This document shows, in pieces, positions 1 through 23,241 of a DNA stretch of 64,000 nucleotides. The position numbers and the translations under genes were made by a program. The notes under the pieces are model-generated. The model made no database searches. It had not been told where the DNA came from and worked only from the letters and a program-made list of their open reading frames with translations. Source of the stretch: Tubiluchus corallicola (lineage: Eukaryota > Animalia > Priapulida); NCBI GenBank assembly GCA_030141605.1, contig JAQGDQ010000014.1, forward strand, positions 310,001-374,000. Reading direction: 5' to 3'. Positions within the stretch are counted from its first letter, which is position 1. Each line of letters begins with the position of its first letter.

Positions 1-743
1 GATGTTCATTCACCATTACATTCAACAAAAATGTGGGGAAGCCTCGGGGGAGGGTGAATACAAACCAGTCAGCTGCTCCATCAGCCCAGTCCAAAAGTTT
101 GACATACCTGCCGCAGAACAGGTGATAAATACAGTTTGAAAGATAGATGCTGAGTCGTATAGCAGCATAGCCTTACCTCACAACAATAACGTAGCCAAAT
201 AGAACAACATCCTACAACACTACCTTAGCGCACTAGGGACACAAGACACTTATTATTTTAACGGGATAATAATGTCAGCACAGGGTGTTAGTCAACATTT
301 TAGCAGCATTAGAAATATTTTTGCGTACGGAAAAGCCAATCTTGAAGAGGTTTGGTTAGAATGAGTTCGGTAAAAGGTGGGAATTAATTATAAAAATGTT
401 GTGCCATAAGCGACTGCACCCCCATCTTTCCGCTGAACCAGCAAGAATGGATGCTCAAATATTAAGCAAGTGCCTCTGTTGTTTAGCTAGCAACTACATA
501 TACTCCATTCCTGGCATGTTCATTGATCAGCAAATGCATGTTCGACTCCTAAATTAACCACTACGCAATTCAACATTTAATTCCTTGCTTCGATGTAGAG
601 ACGATGTCCTTGCTTCATCGCGAAGCAACTGTGCGCTTGACCCTTCGATTAACATGAAAACATTGCTGTCGACTCGCTTATGAACACAAATGGGCACAAA
701 TAAAACCTATTAATTAAAACAACAAGCTAAGGCAAAACATGCG

Positions 744-9592
<8,849 letters not shown>

Positions 9593-9799
9593 TTGCTTTG
9601 GTAGATGATAGATCAAATCTCTTAAGTGTAACTTTCATAGCTGAGAAGATTTCCACCTCGGCAATGTAATGGATGCAGTGGCCCTCCCGGAGAAATTAAA
9701 AGGGAAGAAAATGGTATTTTTAAGTATGTCTCAAAAAACTTCCCATACAAAGTTATATATATATTAATTGTCAGGATTAATTGTTAAGTTTTATCTAAG

Positions 9800-10092
9800 A
9801 AAAGCTTAGCTGCGTGGGGATACTACAGCCAATTTGTCGCATAAAAAATTTAGATCAGACTCTTACTTTAAAAGTCGGAAAATCCGAAAGAAAAGTAGAA
9901 GTAGCAGCAGTGAGGTCATTGACTGGACAGGTAAATTTTAATGAGTTGATGAGTCGTATTGGATTTGCTAGAGATGAGCTTTGTGAATATGATATGGAAG
10001 CCCAGAATCCAGAACGTTTGATATGCCGATGTCCCCGAGTCAACGTGAACAGGCGGTATGTATCACTAAACAAACTGGGAAATGTGAACTGA
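9800..10092 (+). mobile_element. Decayed non-LTR retrotransposon C-terminal zinc-knuckle fragment
   Basis: RSLTGQVNFNELMSRIGFARDELCEYDMEAQNPERLICRCPR resembles the LTGH..F...L.RIG......C.C....T.EHL...CP motif at the end of I/R1/Tad-type ORF2, with ligand substitutions (C>Y, H>R). Confidence 0.5.
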
Positions 10093-12204
10093 AATCTTGT
10101 GTATTTGCACCAAAAATGAAAATTTAACATTGGCACTAACCTACTTTGTAAGCGACCCTTCATTTTAAGATATTGCAGCAAATTTTTAGTAAAATAGGGA
10201 TTAAATTTGTGTAGTTCTTGAGATTATTCACTGTAACTCTTGTGGATTTAAATATTGAATTTTGAATTTAATAATTTAGTATATTAATTTATCTGCATTT
10301 TTATGTTACCTCACAGGAAGCTTGCTGCATTAATAAACTCGATTTCAGCACGCACTTCAATACTTCTTGCTTAACATCACTGTAAATAATGCTATACGCA
10401 CAAATTAAAAAAGCTAATTACAGAATGCGTAAATGTAATATCGTAGAATTCACGCTAGTATCTATGTAAAATTGTATAATGTTTGTACAGAAATTTTTGC
10501 CTGCAAAAAGAGGCTAATAAAGACTTATCATCATCATTTATCTAAGAATAGTGCTTTTGTGCTTTAAAACTGGCTCGCTGGTGAGTGAGGCCCACACAGA
10601 GCTCTTTAGCCAGTTGAACGAAAGAACAACTTGATAAGTCACAGGCATAACATTAATAAAATCCCACAAGCACGAAAAGCATGATGCTCCAAAAACTTGC
10701 AATACGTCAAATGAGGATTTTCTTGAGGTAAAAAAATGAAAAAAGAGAAGTAACACAAACAATAACTAAAAATGTAAATTTTACAAATACTTTTGGGTTT
10801 TATGAATATAAACAATTGAACACAATCAGAAGGGGTTTCTTTTATTATTCCAATTGACGAATTTTGGCCACCCGATACTGCTGCAAAGCTTTTCAGGAAA
10901 GGAAAGCTAGGGAAAGATTGTCATCCGTGAGAGAGTGTTTTCACATAACTATAGATAAATTTGCAGTGCGTAATAAAAATGGACGTGAATTTTATAATTA
11001 TTGTCCCTTTAAAACATCGTCTTGTGTGCGATCATAGGCTCCAACGACTGCATCAATTCAACTGATAAGTTCCATTTTTGTTAACAGATGTCGCTGGGCT
11101 ATGGGATACGATTATTAGCGTTGTCTCCTGAAAATTTTGAATTAGCCGAATTAGTTTGTTCACCTTTTAACGAAATAAAGCTTAATTAGGAGCTAGGAGT
11201 TAAGCAAAAAATGAGGGACGCACATTGTTATTAAAGTATGTGGTGGTTTAATAAGCTTCGAAACCAACTTCCCAATGTAAATTAATCCGTACAGGAGCTT
11301 ATGCGAAACTATAACCTTTTGTGACATTAAGGGCGAAAAGTATAGCTGCTCATTTGAGTGCTAACGGCTTGAATGGAACGAATATTAATTGTAAAAATTG
11401 GTATCCAAAGTTGACAACTTTATAAAAATTACGTCCAATGTTTATAGACGTCCCCGTATAAATTAACTATCTGAAATCGAACACATGGATTTCATCATCA
11501 TCACCATTATTATTATTATCATCTACTGATCAATCTAACCAAGAGCGTTTAGATGTTTAAGAAGCAAATTTATTTGTAAAAAAGATTATATCGTTTGTAG
11601 TGCGTGGCTTGTCTTAGACAGTCGTTAGCTCTCTAAATGTTGCTGCGGACCAAACTAGTATCGATTTACTTTGCCGTAATAAACATATATTATTTCATGC
11701 ACATCAAACGGGTTTAATTAAACTTACATGTACATAGTTCATCTTTTAATTAATGCATTTATGAAAGCTCACAGCACGTCTAATTAAAGGTATTTTGAAT
11801 CGTATTTACACTTATAATTTAATTAGCACTCATTCAGTATAAACATTGTAGCGGCAATAAATTGCACATGCGAGATAAATTTAATTAGAGGCGATGATGG
11901 CTTATTAAAACATTAATAACCTGTATCAGTACTAGTTATGGCGCACCAATGGCATCACGAGGAGATAGAACCGCGTGCAGAAAGAAGTTTTACAAAGGGG
12001 TGTGGCAGAAGCCTTGAAAATTTTCTAAGTTGCCTTAGCCTGTGTGATTTCCAAGTAAGTGTAAGCAATGGGCCACGTAACCTAATTATAAAGGATAGAG
12101 ACTGACAAAAGTGTCTAAAAGCAGAAAATGAATAGTTTTATTTATGTGGGCCTATAGCCTATATACATATAAGCATAATAGGTTCACAAGTAAGGTTCAC
12201 ACAT

Positions 12205-12350
<146 letters not shown>

Positions 12351-13365
12351 TTATGCCTATTTACGCATACAGTACATATTTGTACTCAAATTGCATGCAG
12401 CAGCTGCAGTAGTAATAGTACAGAAATGTAAGAAATCCAAATTGTAATAACATTTACTAAATACTGAGACTAATAAGACGCAAGACAAATGTTTTGTTTT
12501 AACCGAACAAACATGCAAATACTTTCAGATATACTTTTTAAAACGTTTCGGAAATTCAAGAGAAACAATGGTAACGGTTTTGCAAACATGTCTGTAAGTA
12601 ACCTTGTCAGTACATTGCTGAGCATGTACCTAAAAAGTGTATAGACGACTTATGTGGTTTACTAAACGGAACTTGACAGCAGGTATCATTATTAACTTTA
12701 AAATGATTCAAAGTTGAGAAAAATTCGCCGTTATAAGAAACATTTTAATTGCAGAAAATAAAATGAGGTGGTGCAGTACGCAAGCAATTTTTGAATATTG
12801 AGATTTTTAATTTTGAAATTTTAAAATGGAATTATTTGCTCTGAAAATAGCCAACTTTTGCCCTGAAAATATATAATACATTTGCCCTGAGAGGGCAGCC
12901 GCTTAAACACCGGTCTCGTGCGACTAGAGCCTCGATACTCATGGAAAATGTGGCCTGTCCACGCATATGTCGTCTTCTGTAAGCGGAAATTACATTAAAT
13001 TATTTAGTTATTGAACTGTTACATTAAATGTAGTGAAACAAAATCATTGCTATTAATAAATTTTCATATTTAAGCTGAGATGGCAAAGTGAGCTATAAAA
13101 GCGAAAATGTGATTACGTAAAAACTTTCCCATACCCGATAATCAGTTTTTTTAAATTACCTGGACGCGCGTACTTTGCATTGGGGGAGGGGGAGTTGTAA
13201 TTCACTAAAATATCGCTCAGCGAAAAGAAACGTGCAGATGTGATTATCTGCATACCAGTAGTTTGAACCAGTCTATAAGCTACCCATTTTCAAGAATGAG
13301 GCGAACGATTGTTTAGTTAATTTGTTTTTACCAATCTTGAGGCTTTTCATACAGTTTGGCTGGAC

Positions 13366-13381
13366 TGGCGCCATCTAGCGG
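13366..13381 (-). promoter_or_regulatory. CTCF-like motif
   Basis: Minus strand CCGCTAGATGGCGCCA closely fits the CTCF core consensus; it lies between KAT5 and the homeobox gene. Confidence 0.4.
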
Positions 13382-16300
13382 AGCGATTTCGCATATTCGA
13401 TTGGCTTCATCTTGTATTTAACTATTTTCTGCCAGCTCTCACTAAATGCACTGCGCAGAGCTACTGCGAAGATTTACAAGAGAACTTTATAACGCCAGGT
13501 ATATCTGTTGGATCTTCAATACGATATTGTAACTATTTTTGAGATGCTCCTGCTGACTGATGCATCAGTGCCAGATGTAGCAGAAACTGCACTTAGTCTG
13601 TACTTAGACCTGCCTCTTTTATAAATGTAAGTAAATATTAATAGCTTTAGATTAATTACACTAATATCGGTAGTTTAACTAATTCGTACAGTGTGAAAAA
13701 GCTCGCATTCTTAGAAAACTAGTATATCAATATATCATACTTGTGTTAATATATATTGATTACAACATTGTTATTAATTAATACACTAACTTTAAATAAT
13801 ACTTATTTCAAATATAAATATTTTGCAAAACAGCTACAGATTCAACGGTAAAATATTCTCATCGTCTATATTTATTTTCAATAAAAAAATTTTGCTGTAC
13901 TTTTTTGCGTTGTATAATGATAGGCTGTTTTTATTTATATCATATCTGGAACAATCGTTCTAGGTTAACACTCTGTTTTGCTCCCATAAGACCTGTTAGT
14001 CGAGAACTTTGCTGTAAAGTATTTATAAATCTGTTGCGTCTTTGTGTGTTTATTTTTTAAGTTTTAAATAAATGCATTTATTCGCATTTACTATATTACA
14101 GTACTAAGATAAATGTTTTTCTGTGCATTTTCGAACTTGATGCACAGTGCATTATATACAATTTCAGTATCACAAGTCTAAAATGCACTGATTATAGTGT
14201 AATTATGCATTACTGACTAAAGTTTTATAATATTTTGAAAGCAATAATTCTAGTTAATTATGTAGCTTTACGTCTTTTTCACAACATTAGGAATTTTAAG
14301 CGGTGTTTTTGTTTTACAAACTTTTGTACGTTATTTATTCTGTGTACTAACAATGTATCAGTTGACATTCATGTCGTGTGCATGTAAATAGCATGCTAGA
14401 GGTGCAACATAATTCCAACAACTTTAATTTCACCCTTTCCATCTGTCATCGCAAATTACAAACTGTCAAACTAGTCTCTTCGTTCCGACGATATCGCCCG
14501 CACCTTCATCGCTATGTTATTATGTAAATTCCTGCACTCTGTCGACACTTGTAATTATTTGTAAAATCTACTTGGAGGACACATGCGCTAATTATGGCGA
14601 ACCTCGTAAAGTCAGACCACAGGCTTAACTTTCTTGTTCTAAAAACTACACGCATTGAGACCCACAGAGCTTGCTTTTGTGTTCTGCGAGGATATACCTT
14701 ACATAGCTCTGCTGACAGATTTGGTACACGATAGAAACTAAACGCAATTTTTATATCGGGTTTGACATTAGGCTACCACTTGAACGTTGTGTTGAGCCGT
14801 CAAAATGATTTTAACAAAGCTTTTGTAATCATTCATTTATTGTTCATTTTTGAAATTCGGTGTTCGTTTAAACGTAAGTATTAAACATTAATGGCGTTTG
14901 TGCAATAAAACGATTTTTTTCTTTGAACTAATTGACATTTAATTTGACAATTTTCTAAAAGACGCTTGTAGTTTCTTGTTATAATATAATAGAGCAGCAA
15001 AATGTTATACACTATTACTTGCTATATCCCCCCCAAGGCTTTATGTAGGGGATAGTGTCCCATAGCGCACCCCCTAAGCTTTGAAGGGTTGCATAAATAT
15101 TTATTCGCAGTATGTCATTGTTTTGATGAAACGGATTTTATAAAAGTTCGTTTGCTATCAATTCCGGCTATTTAATCTTAAAATTTTAAATTATTTGATC
15201 AAAAGTAATTTTGGTCAAAAGTGGGCGCTTTGGGGAATCATGTGTTCCCAAAACGCTCCTAGTCGTTTGTCATTAGGTTACGTAGTTCCTATAACGCTCA
15301 CTGCAACAGGTAAAATGTTCCTGTCGCGAACTTGAAATCGTTTGGCACCTGTAAAAGTTCTATGTATTTTTTATTTGCTCTTAAATTGTGGGAGTTTTTA
15401 AGGTTTTAGACTGAAGGTTTTTTGTATCTAAAGAAAATCATATTATTAATATTTTGTCGATGTTCACTGTAGTTCCTAGCTAGATATAAATAAAAGCAAA
15501 GAACGATTGATTAAAACATCATGATGCAGTTACTTATTTACAATAATTGTACAATGTTAGACGATATGTTGAAATACAATAATAGATGTGTGCGTCATAT
15601 TGAGTTACAGTCATAAAGGTTAGTATTAATTTCTCTATTTATCTGTGCATAGTTTCGTACTATATAAGCACTCTCTAAAACGCATTAAAATTGTTATAAC
15701 ATTTCCAATCATTTCAGCCGCCAGACAGGTCTACTTGCTGCCTACGTTCTTATACTACTTATACATTTAGATAATTACTTAATTAATGAGGCGATGACAG
15801 CGGTGATTCACTTGACTTTAAAGTTATTCGTTACAATTAAGCTACAACAGTTTACGTTCCTACTATACATGGAATACTTCTTAACTAGCTTTAAGTAGAA
15901 TAATATAAGATAACTATCCAATAGGAAAGATGTTTCCGACAGTTCCTGTAACGTACGCCCACTGCTGTAAACGACAGATTTAATGTAGCAAATAACAGCA
16001 ACATCATCGAGTCTGCAATTTTTATGATCTGCAATTTAACAGTATAAGATTACCTGTTACCGGTAGTCACAGTTTAATGTTCAGAAGTCAGTTATCACGA
16101 TTAAGCAGTGAATTAGAAATTTTAAATGCTACAGGTGTTTCTCAATTTGGCAATTCTATGTTGTTAATTCTGTACAATAAAACCTTTATTATTCGAGAAA
16201 TACAGAAAACTTTAAAATTTAAAATTTTTGGATCATGCAACAAAAATCTACCTGTTAATAGTTGACGTATATTTAAGAACACAATACTGAATTATTTATT

Positions 16301-17339
16301 AACAACAACATAAAGAAGTAGTAACGCACTAATACGGCACAATGTTTTGGTACGATGTAAAACTATAAATTGACACCCTTATAATCTCTTAACTTTCACT
16401 TCAATGGGACTGGGAGTAATGGTAATTCGACAAAGATTTTTATTAATTTTCGGTAATATCAAATTCTCTGTCTAAATAAAATACGAAGTATCAAAACCTA
16501 GTCAGTTCGAATATCAATGATGAATTGCGTATAATTAGCTTGATACAAAAAAGTCGATAATACCGATAATACATGTATTGCAACTTAACTAATATAAGCT
16601 TAAATGGTTGCTAATTAGTAGGTTGCTAATATTCTGACTCTGGCATAAAGATCTACTTGTTGGTTTCCCACAGTTTTTATTTTGTGGCTAAGTGGGGTCG
16701 AGGTTTTGCACACGGCTGAATATGTGTCATGTTCGTATAGAGAAATCTTTCGCAAGGGGGAAAAACCAAAACTTGGAGGTCCCGGACAAAAATGTATGAA
16801 GTATCGAGTAACATTAAATTGTAAGATATGAAATGAAATGCCTCGATGAGGCGAATGGAAAGTATATACAAGTTACGCCGAGACAGGTTGACTCTGACCT
16901 TACTAGGAGGCAAAATGGAGGTCGAGGTGACAAATGCCTCCAATGTCAAGCGAAATTAGCTTGTGACACACCAATGAAAAGTCTGGATGAGAATGAGTTG
17001 AGTGTTGAAGTTGGCAGGCGACTGGATGCCTTTATCTCACGGATCACGGTTTGAAAAGTGACCAATTCCGATTTCTTTGTAAAAAATGGCAAAGTCTAGG
17101 CAAACAAACAGCGCAAATTTAATATAATTTTAATTTGTGTGAAGTTGAGATCAATTTACTTGATGTCATGACCTTCAAACAAAAGGCTGATGTCATTTCA
17201 AGGTTCAGTTCTGCAACTGTTGATTTTTGAAAAAAATTTCAGTTTCTATCATGTCAGAAACACTGTCAACTAGGTAATGAGATTATAAATAACATTGCAG
17301 ATAACTGTATTTAATCACCATTTATTGTCATTTACAGTT

Positions 17340-20246
17340 ATGACGAGTATGAACAGCCGAGAAACTTTTTGCGTGGAAGAACGTAGCTTAAGTTTACCTG
17401 AAAGAGGTAACGGCCTTCTTGAAGATACGATTTACGCAACAAACAAACAACGTAGATGCAGAACAACTTTCACGAACTATCAACTAGAAGAACTGGAAAA
17501 ACTTTTCAGCAGAACCCATTATCCAGATGTGTTTACAAGGTAAGGATGACAGTTTGTGCGGCTTTGTGTTGATGAAATGAAAGAATGATGTGACGGGTGA
17601 TTTTTTGAAACCTAACTTAACCAAAAAAGAAAAAAATTCCACGCTTCCACGGATTTTTATCTGTGCAAAAGCCAAATTAGTCACAAAAAATTTCGAATTA
17701 GTTAGTAGTTAATAATTACTCTAGAGTGAGTAATCTAGCATTAGATTTGTTGGTTAGGATTGAATTAAGAGTTGCTGCGGTCACAAGGGGCTGTGTGATC
17801 TAGTGATCATGGCGATGGACTTGTAATCCAAAGATGTCTGGGTCAAAGGCAAGCCCATGGCCGACTTTTTCACATTCCTTATTGCAGTCAAGCCTGATTT
17901 CGAAAATCCAATGATTGTGTGTTTATTCAACTATCATTCTTGCATTCTTGAAAGTGAGATTATGAACAAATAATAATGTCATAGCGTAAGTTACAACTGG
18001 CAAACCTGTACATTTTACTTTTAGTTACAATTATTGTAAACTTTCTCTTTTCAATTCTGATAGTAGTATTTTCCCTCTATTTCACAACATTACCATGATT
18101 ACGACTATCATCTTCGTAATTAGTTTTATCTGCATCGGTTCCGTATCTTATCTTGGATGTTGTTCTTGTTGTTGGAGATGACCTTTTGAAAAAGGTCGAA
18201 TATTCGATCTGTTATTTTGAATTAAAGATGGCGACAATGATATCGTTTTCAAAAAACCCTAAGGCTCTGTCGATTTGTAATGGACCGTCATGAAACTTCA
18301 TAGGATGACAGAGTCAGATTTTCGCCATTGACGCCATTTTTTTTGACTTGCCATCACAAATTTAAGATGGTACCATTGACTTCATTTTCTGCAAAACCTA
18401 TATGTTACAAAACGGTTATATGCGAAATGTGGGCTAACTTATGTTAACTATTTTAGTAGGCTGTACCAATCCAAACTACAGGTTCTTGAAACCAGACGTT
18501 TTATTTTTGATATGAAAATGGTGTATAAAATTTGCTATGCACTTATAGATCTGTGTTTTAACTATTTTTTACCTACGCGCCTAGTCTCAGATTAAGGGCC
18601 ATTGTTTCAAGTTGTACAAAAATTATTGTTGTATTGATGTTTTTAAATACTCTTTTGCAATCATGGTGATCGATATGTGGTACAGTTTACCGTCGGAGAT
18701 TATTAATGCTAACAACTTATGTTCTTTTTCATTTAAACTACTTACATTTGATTTTAATCCTTTTTTTGCAAATTTAATAGAAGTAAATAATTAATGTGGG
18801 CCACCGTAAGTGCGTTCATGCCTGGTGGCTTTCTCCTTTCCTAAAACATTAGCTAATCATATTTATTTGTAAGATTTTATTGTATATGCTCAACTGTATA
18901 TTTGGATTGAATACATCTAATCTAATTTAATCTAAAAACCTAAACCTAAACCCGCAAACGAATATACTAGAACAAATTTCACTTCTATTGGGGTACAACA
19001 AACATCGGTAACTAGTGACGCTTTCTGTACCTCGTACGTTATTCTCTCTCCGTTATGCCAAAGACGCGAAACATGGCGATTTTTACGGCAATGCATGCAT
19101 TTGAAATTTGCCAGAAAAATGTAAGATATTTAATTTATATACCTCTTTTGTTTAATAACAACTATGGATTCTTTGTGCAATCGTTATAATGCATTAAAAA
19201 ACTTCACTGTCCGTTGGGGTTCTATAGGCCTTTAATGCCTGTATAATGGACTTTAATACAGCGTTTCGAAGCTACTAGACGCATTTAAGTGAATGTTAAG
19301 CTTAATGCAAAACGACTTGCATAAGAAAATAATAAAAATATTAGGATTTAAAAAGATGAGGGTATATAAATGTGCCTTGGCAAGCAGTAGAGGCAAAACC
19401 AATAGTCAAGAGGTCATGATATGTAGCCAGCTTTAAAGCATAGTGACTTTGAACCCGGATAGTGAATGGATGAGTGGTAAAACTGATTCTGGATAGGCCT
19501 TTTTTATCTGTCATACAGTCGCAGTATTTCTAAAAGATGGGTGGAAAAGCAGCGGATTATGTTGATGAGTAGCTAGGGTTCTGACAGCCATCAACGTTAT
19601 TATGTAATACGTGAGGTAAATGTTAAAACTAAGTGTTAAAACTAACTTGCTTAACTAAGTGTGCCAATCATGTTAGTTACGTTTATTAACATAGATTTAT
19701 TCATGCTATATAATTTTCAGAGAAGCCCTGGCCATGCAGACTGACTTAACCGAAGCTCGCGTCCAGGTATGGTTTCAAAACAGAAGAGCAAAGTGGAGAA
19801 AGCTGTCAAAGCTAGGACCAGAATACCATCCTTATCCTTCCCAACTCACCACAGATCTTAAATATAGTGCGAGGACCAGCGCCCGTTTGCATTGCAAACA
19901 AGGTGTTTCATCAACAGCGCTATCTACGTTAAAAAATGTAAGAAACGGCGATGACTTCTTTGTGGCAGGAGTTGTCTATGACGATTATGTGCAAAAGCAA
20001 CAAAATAATAATTTTTCTGGGCAGAATTCAATATATCCCAACGCGTGGTGCCGTGTCCTAGGACCTAGCGTTCATCAGGTGAAGGAAGAGAACCAAAATA
20101 TCGGGTGTGAAAGTAGTTTTAGACCAAACTGGTGGTTGGGTTATAGTCAGGCACCGAAAATTCAAGCAGGAAGTATAATGACACTAAGAAGAAAAGCGAG
20201 AGAACATTATGAAAAAATGAATCGTCTTAGCGATATCAAACTTTGA
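17340..20246 (+). CDS. ARX: PRD-class Q50 homeobox protein, aristaless/Arx-like, with C-terminal OAR motif (about 241 aa; start codon uncertain)
   Basis: Exons 17340-17539 (ag|gtaagg) and 19721-20246 (ttttcag|a) join in phase to give [60 protein letters not shown]; C-terminal [13 protein letters not shown] is an OAR/aristaless motif. An acceptor at 17337 implies upstream exon(s). Family is secure, exact orthology is not. Confidence 0.88.
17787..17862 (+). mobile_element. Decayed tRNA-derived SINE head
   Basis: A-box-like tgatctagtga, anticodon-arm-like tgga-cttgtaa-tcca, degenerate B box; similar ttgtaatccaaa segment near 48695. Too diverged to be a functional tRNA. Confidence 0.4.
18150..18400. 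repeat. Interspersed repeat remnant (class undetermined) in the homeobox intron
   Basis: Internally repeated aagatggcgacaatga / aagatggtaccattga motifs and ttcaaaaaaccctaaggctctgtcg, typical of invertebrate non-autonomous elements. Confidence 0.35.
18455..18935 (+). mobile_element. CR1-type LINE 3' fragment
   Basis: Translation [19 protein letters not shown]...(R)[44 protein letters not shown] matches the CR1 ORF2 C-terminus; ends in a short (atcta)n tail. Confidence 0.75.
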
Positions 20247-22849
20247 AATTCATTGCCTATAAATTTTAAGCACAAAAGTACATGTATAATAATTAAAGGA
20301 AAGCAGTACTCAGTTTTAGATTGAAGTTCAAGATACTGCTGTCTAAAACTTTGAAAGGAAAATGTCTTTTTTAAGAATGACGCATATTAAAAAATTATAA
20401 CCTTGGCAGCCTACTTTTCTCATTTTTCACCGTCGTCTGTTCTTCATTCTTGTTCAGATGTTCAACAGATGCCTGATTGACAGTTTCTTGAAAGAGCGTT
20501 GCGCAAAAATAGACGCACTAGGAGATCAACAGAACGTGACCTAGTTATGACGTCATGATAGCCACTTGAAATCCCATGTCAGGCCAGAAATGAACTGGAT
20601 ATTTAAAGTTGCGAGACGCACATTATATTGCATACTGCTTAATATAGTAAACATAAATTTATATCCTCTTTTGTGTAAGGTTGTCAGTTAAATAACTGAA
20701 CAGGGTTGAAATCTCATTTATAGTTTTTTGTCTTTTATATCATCGCGTATCAGTCCACTCTGTAGCACTAAAATAATTAATGTTTTCTTTATCAAGTGAT
20801 TCACCTCATAATTTTCAGTTTATATTCATTACTTTTTTCACTTTCACAGGGTGGGTCAATGTAACAAGCCCTGCTTTTTGGTTGCGCCTCAACGGACTTA
20901 TGCTTATGTATAGGCAGATATGAGTGTGAGGCTTTTCTTGTTCAGAAATTAAGAGTAAGAAAAATTGTACTACGTTCAACGTAGGCCTTTTCATTGTACT
21001 TTTGTACACAAAAGTGTGGTAAATGTGTTATGTTAAATAAGTGATTTATGACTCATGACAAAGAATACAAATGCAAAATCAATGTTAAGCTTAAACAATG
21101 GACAGTTTATGACAAGATGTTTATTGTGCTGCTGTTGTGTGAAATATTTACAAACTGATTACACCACAAACAGTTTATGGAACAAGTTTGAAAACTTATT
21201 CCACTTTCGATAGATAGATATATAGAGAGATTTTATTTCTGAAAATCAAAATTACAAAATCAACGTATACCCGATGGTTTTATCAGCGGGCAGAGCTCGG
21301 GTAATGATTTTCAGATTATACTAACCGTCAGATCCAACATAACTGCACAAAGTATAAACACAGATATACAAATTTAGTTGGAAAATCTATGAATCGAAAG
21401 AAGCTATTAACTAAACATTTATACATATTTGTATAAAAAAGTTATCTATACGATAATCACAAATGACACAATTATATGCCAGCTAATAAAAACCAATTCT
21501 GTTTAGTCCAAAATGTATATATACAATCAATAAATGAAATTTTCAGTTGAGAATGATTCACCATCAAACAAATTTGCAATGTTGCTATAATTAGGCGCGT
21601 ACAGTGGTTTATGAAGTGCATTCTCGGGGCATTCTAAAAAGACTGGTAACGTTAACTCCGTTCAAAATTTCGTTAAATTTTTTTGGTTTGCTCACTTACG
21701 AAGCAACCTATGAAGAGGACTATACCGCCGTGACACCCCACAACACATCATTTTGTATAGAAGCTTCAATGCTAGTTCGCCCTTGCCTCTCTTTAACTTA
21801 ATAGGATTTAGCGATGGCATAGAGCTATTAAGTAATCAATGATTTTTGCTTCTTTTGACTCGATTTCTTGCTCATACAATACCGTCAGCTCTCTATCTCT
21901 GCACCCACAGACTTCTACGAGCTGAAGTCCAATCAAACTCGACTGCTATTAGCACAACAGACAACACGTCTGCATTAAGACCGCCAGCAATACCCTGTTT
22001 ACTATTAATTAGAACAAACCAACAAAACGCTAAAGCGGTGCTTTATAAACGTTCTGAATAAAGTAATTACGTTAAGCGGATTGCGCCGTAGGATTTCCTC
22101 TATGCAAGGCCTACGACGATGCCTTATCGGCGGCCAAAGTGTTGGTTGTTCAATCACGTTTTTCAACTGAAACTAGTGAGGTGATTCATAGTCATCAAAA
22201 TAGTAACTGATCAAATATCTGAAAAGGAATGTTAAACGAAATCGCCAATACTTTACTTTAGCCTGTCATATGACGTCCTTGAAAAGATACTTATTTTGTT
22301 CAGTTTTGGTTATATTTTGTTTGTGCATTTAGAATTTGCTAGACTTTTGAATATGGCTATCCAAAATCAGCAAATACATCTACATGTAGTTACATAGCTA
22401 GTACAAATTATTATTAATTTTGGAGATACTTTGTGCATTGTCAGAGCTTTTCAACACATATCAAGAATAACTTCTTTATTAAATTTTATTTATCAGTTTA
22501 TATACAATAAACAATACACACAAATATAATAAAATCTAAACTACGCATACAATGTTAAAAATCTGTACCTAAGAAATCACATAAAATTAGATATTAGGGT
22601 AAAACTATTATATGCAAAGTAAAAGTTATCGTATACCTAGAAATGATATAATTGCCAATATTGTCATTATATATATCTTTGCCAAACTTATTCAAATCTT
22701 AGGGCCTATTTTATTTTACATCTGGCACATCTTAGTCTTTGTCAAATAACTTGCATTTTGCCACTGTGAAACAATTCTTCACCACTGCATATGCAATAAC
22801 CGCCTTTTGACAATACTTATGGAACCAGCCATCTCAGTACTTGAGCAAT

Positions 22850-23020
22850 GGACTGCAGGGCTGACCAGGTTGACCCTCAGCTCACATCCGATCCCGAGCG
22901 TATAGAGTACAAACAATAGGATTTTGCAGCCTGTCAAGTGGGTGTAAGGTGGCAAAGCGGTAACCAGGGATGTGACTTACAGTGCTTCGCGTATGTCGGG
23001 TGGTGTAAGCTAAAGATGGA
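22850..23020 (+). mobile_element. Possible decayed SINE body
   Basis: GC-richer patch ccaggttgaccctcagctcacatcc...gcctgtcaagtgggtgtaaggtgg...tgtcgggtgg resembles conserved central domains of invertebrate SINEs; recognised by resemblance only. Confidence 0.3.
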
Positions 23021-23158
23021 GTATAACTTCACGAGTTAGGTGATTTCAAGCATAATACAAACATCCCACTTTTTTCGAGAATATAAGCTATTTCTCCATC
23101 TAAGATCAGAACATAAGTCAAGAAAAGTAAACGAAAATAAAGCTGTTAGGGAAGATCC

Positions 23159-23159
23159 A

Positions 23160-23217
<58 letters not shown>

Positions 23218-23241
23218 GTTGTTGTTTTTATTATTATTATT
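23159..23241. repeat. (ATT)n microsatellite
   Basis: Trinucleotide run producing the poly-Y and poly-I ORFs. Confidence 0.97.

Noticed and set aside
17787-17862. Functional tRNA-Thr(TGT) gene
   Set aside because: T-arm/B box and acceptor stem are broken; treated as a SINE remnant.
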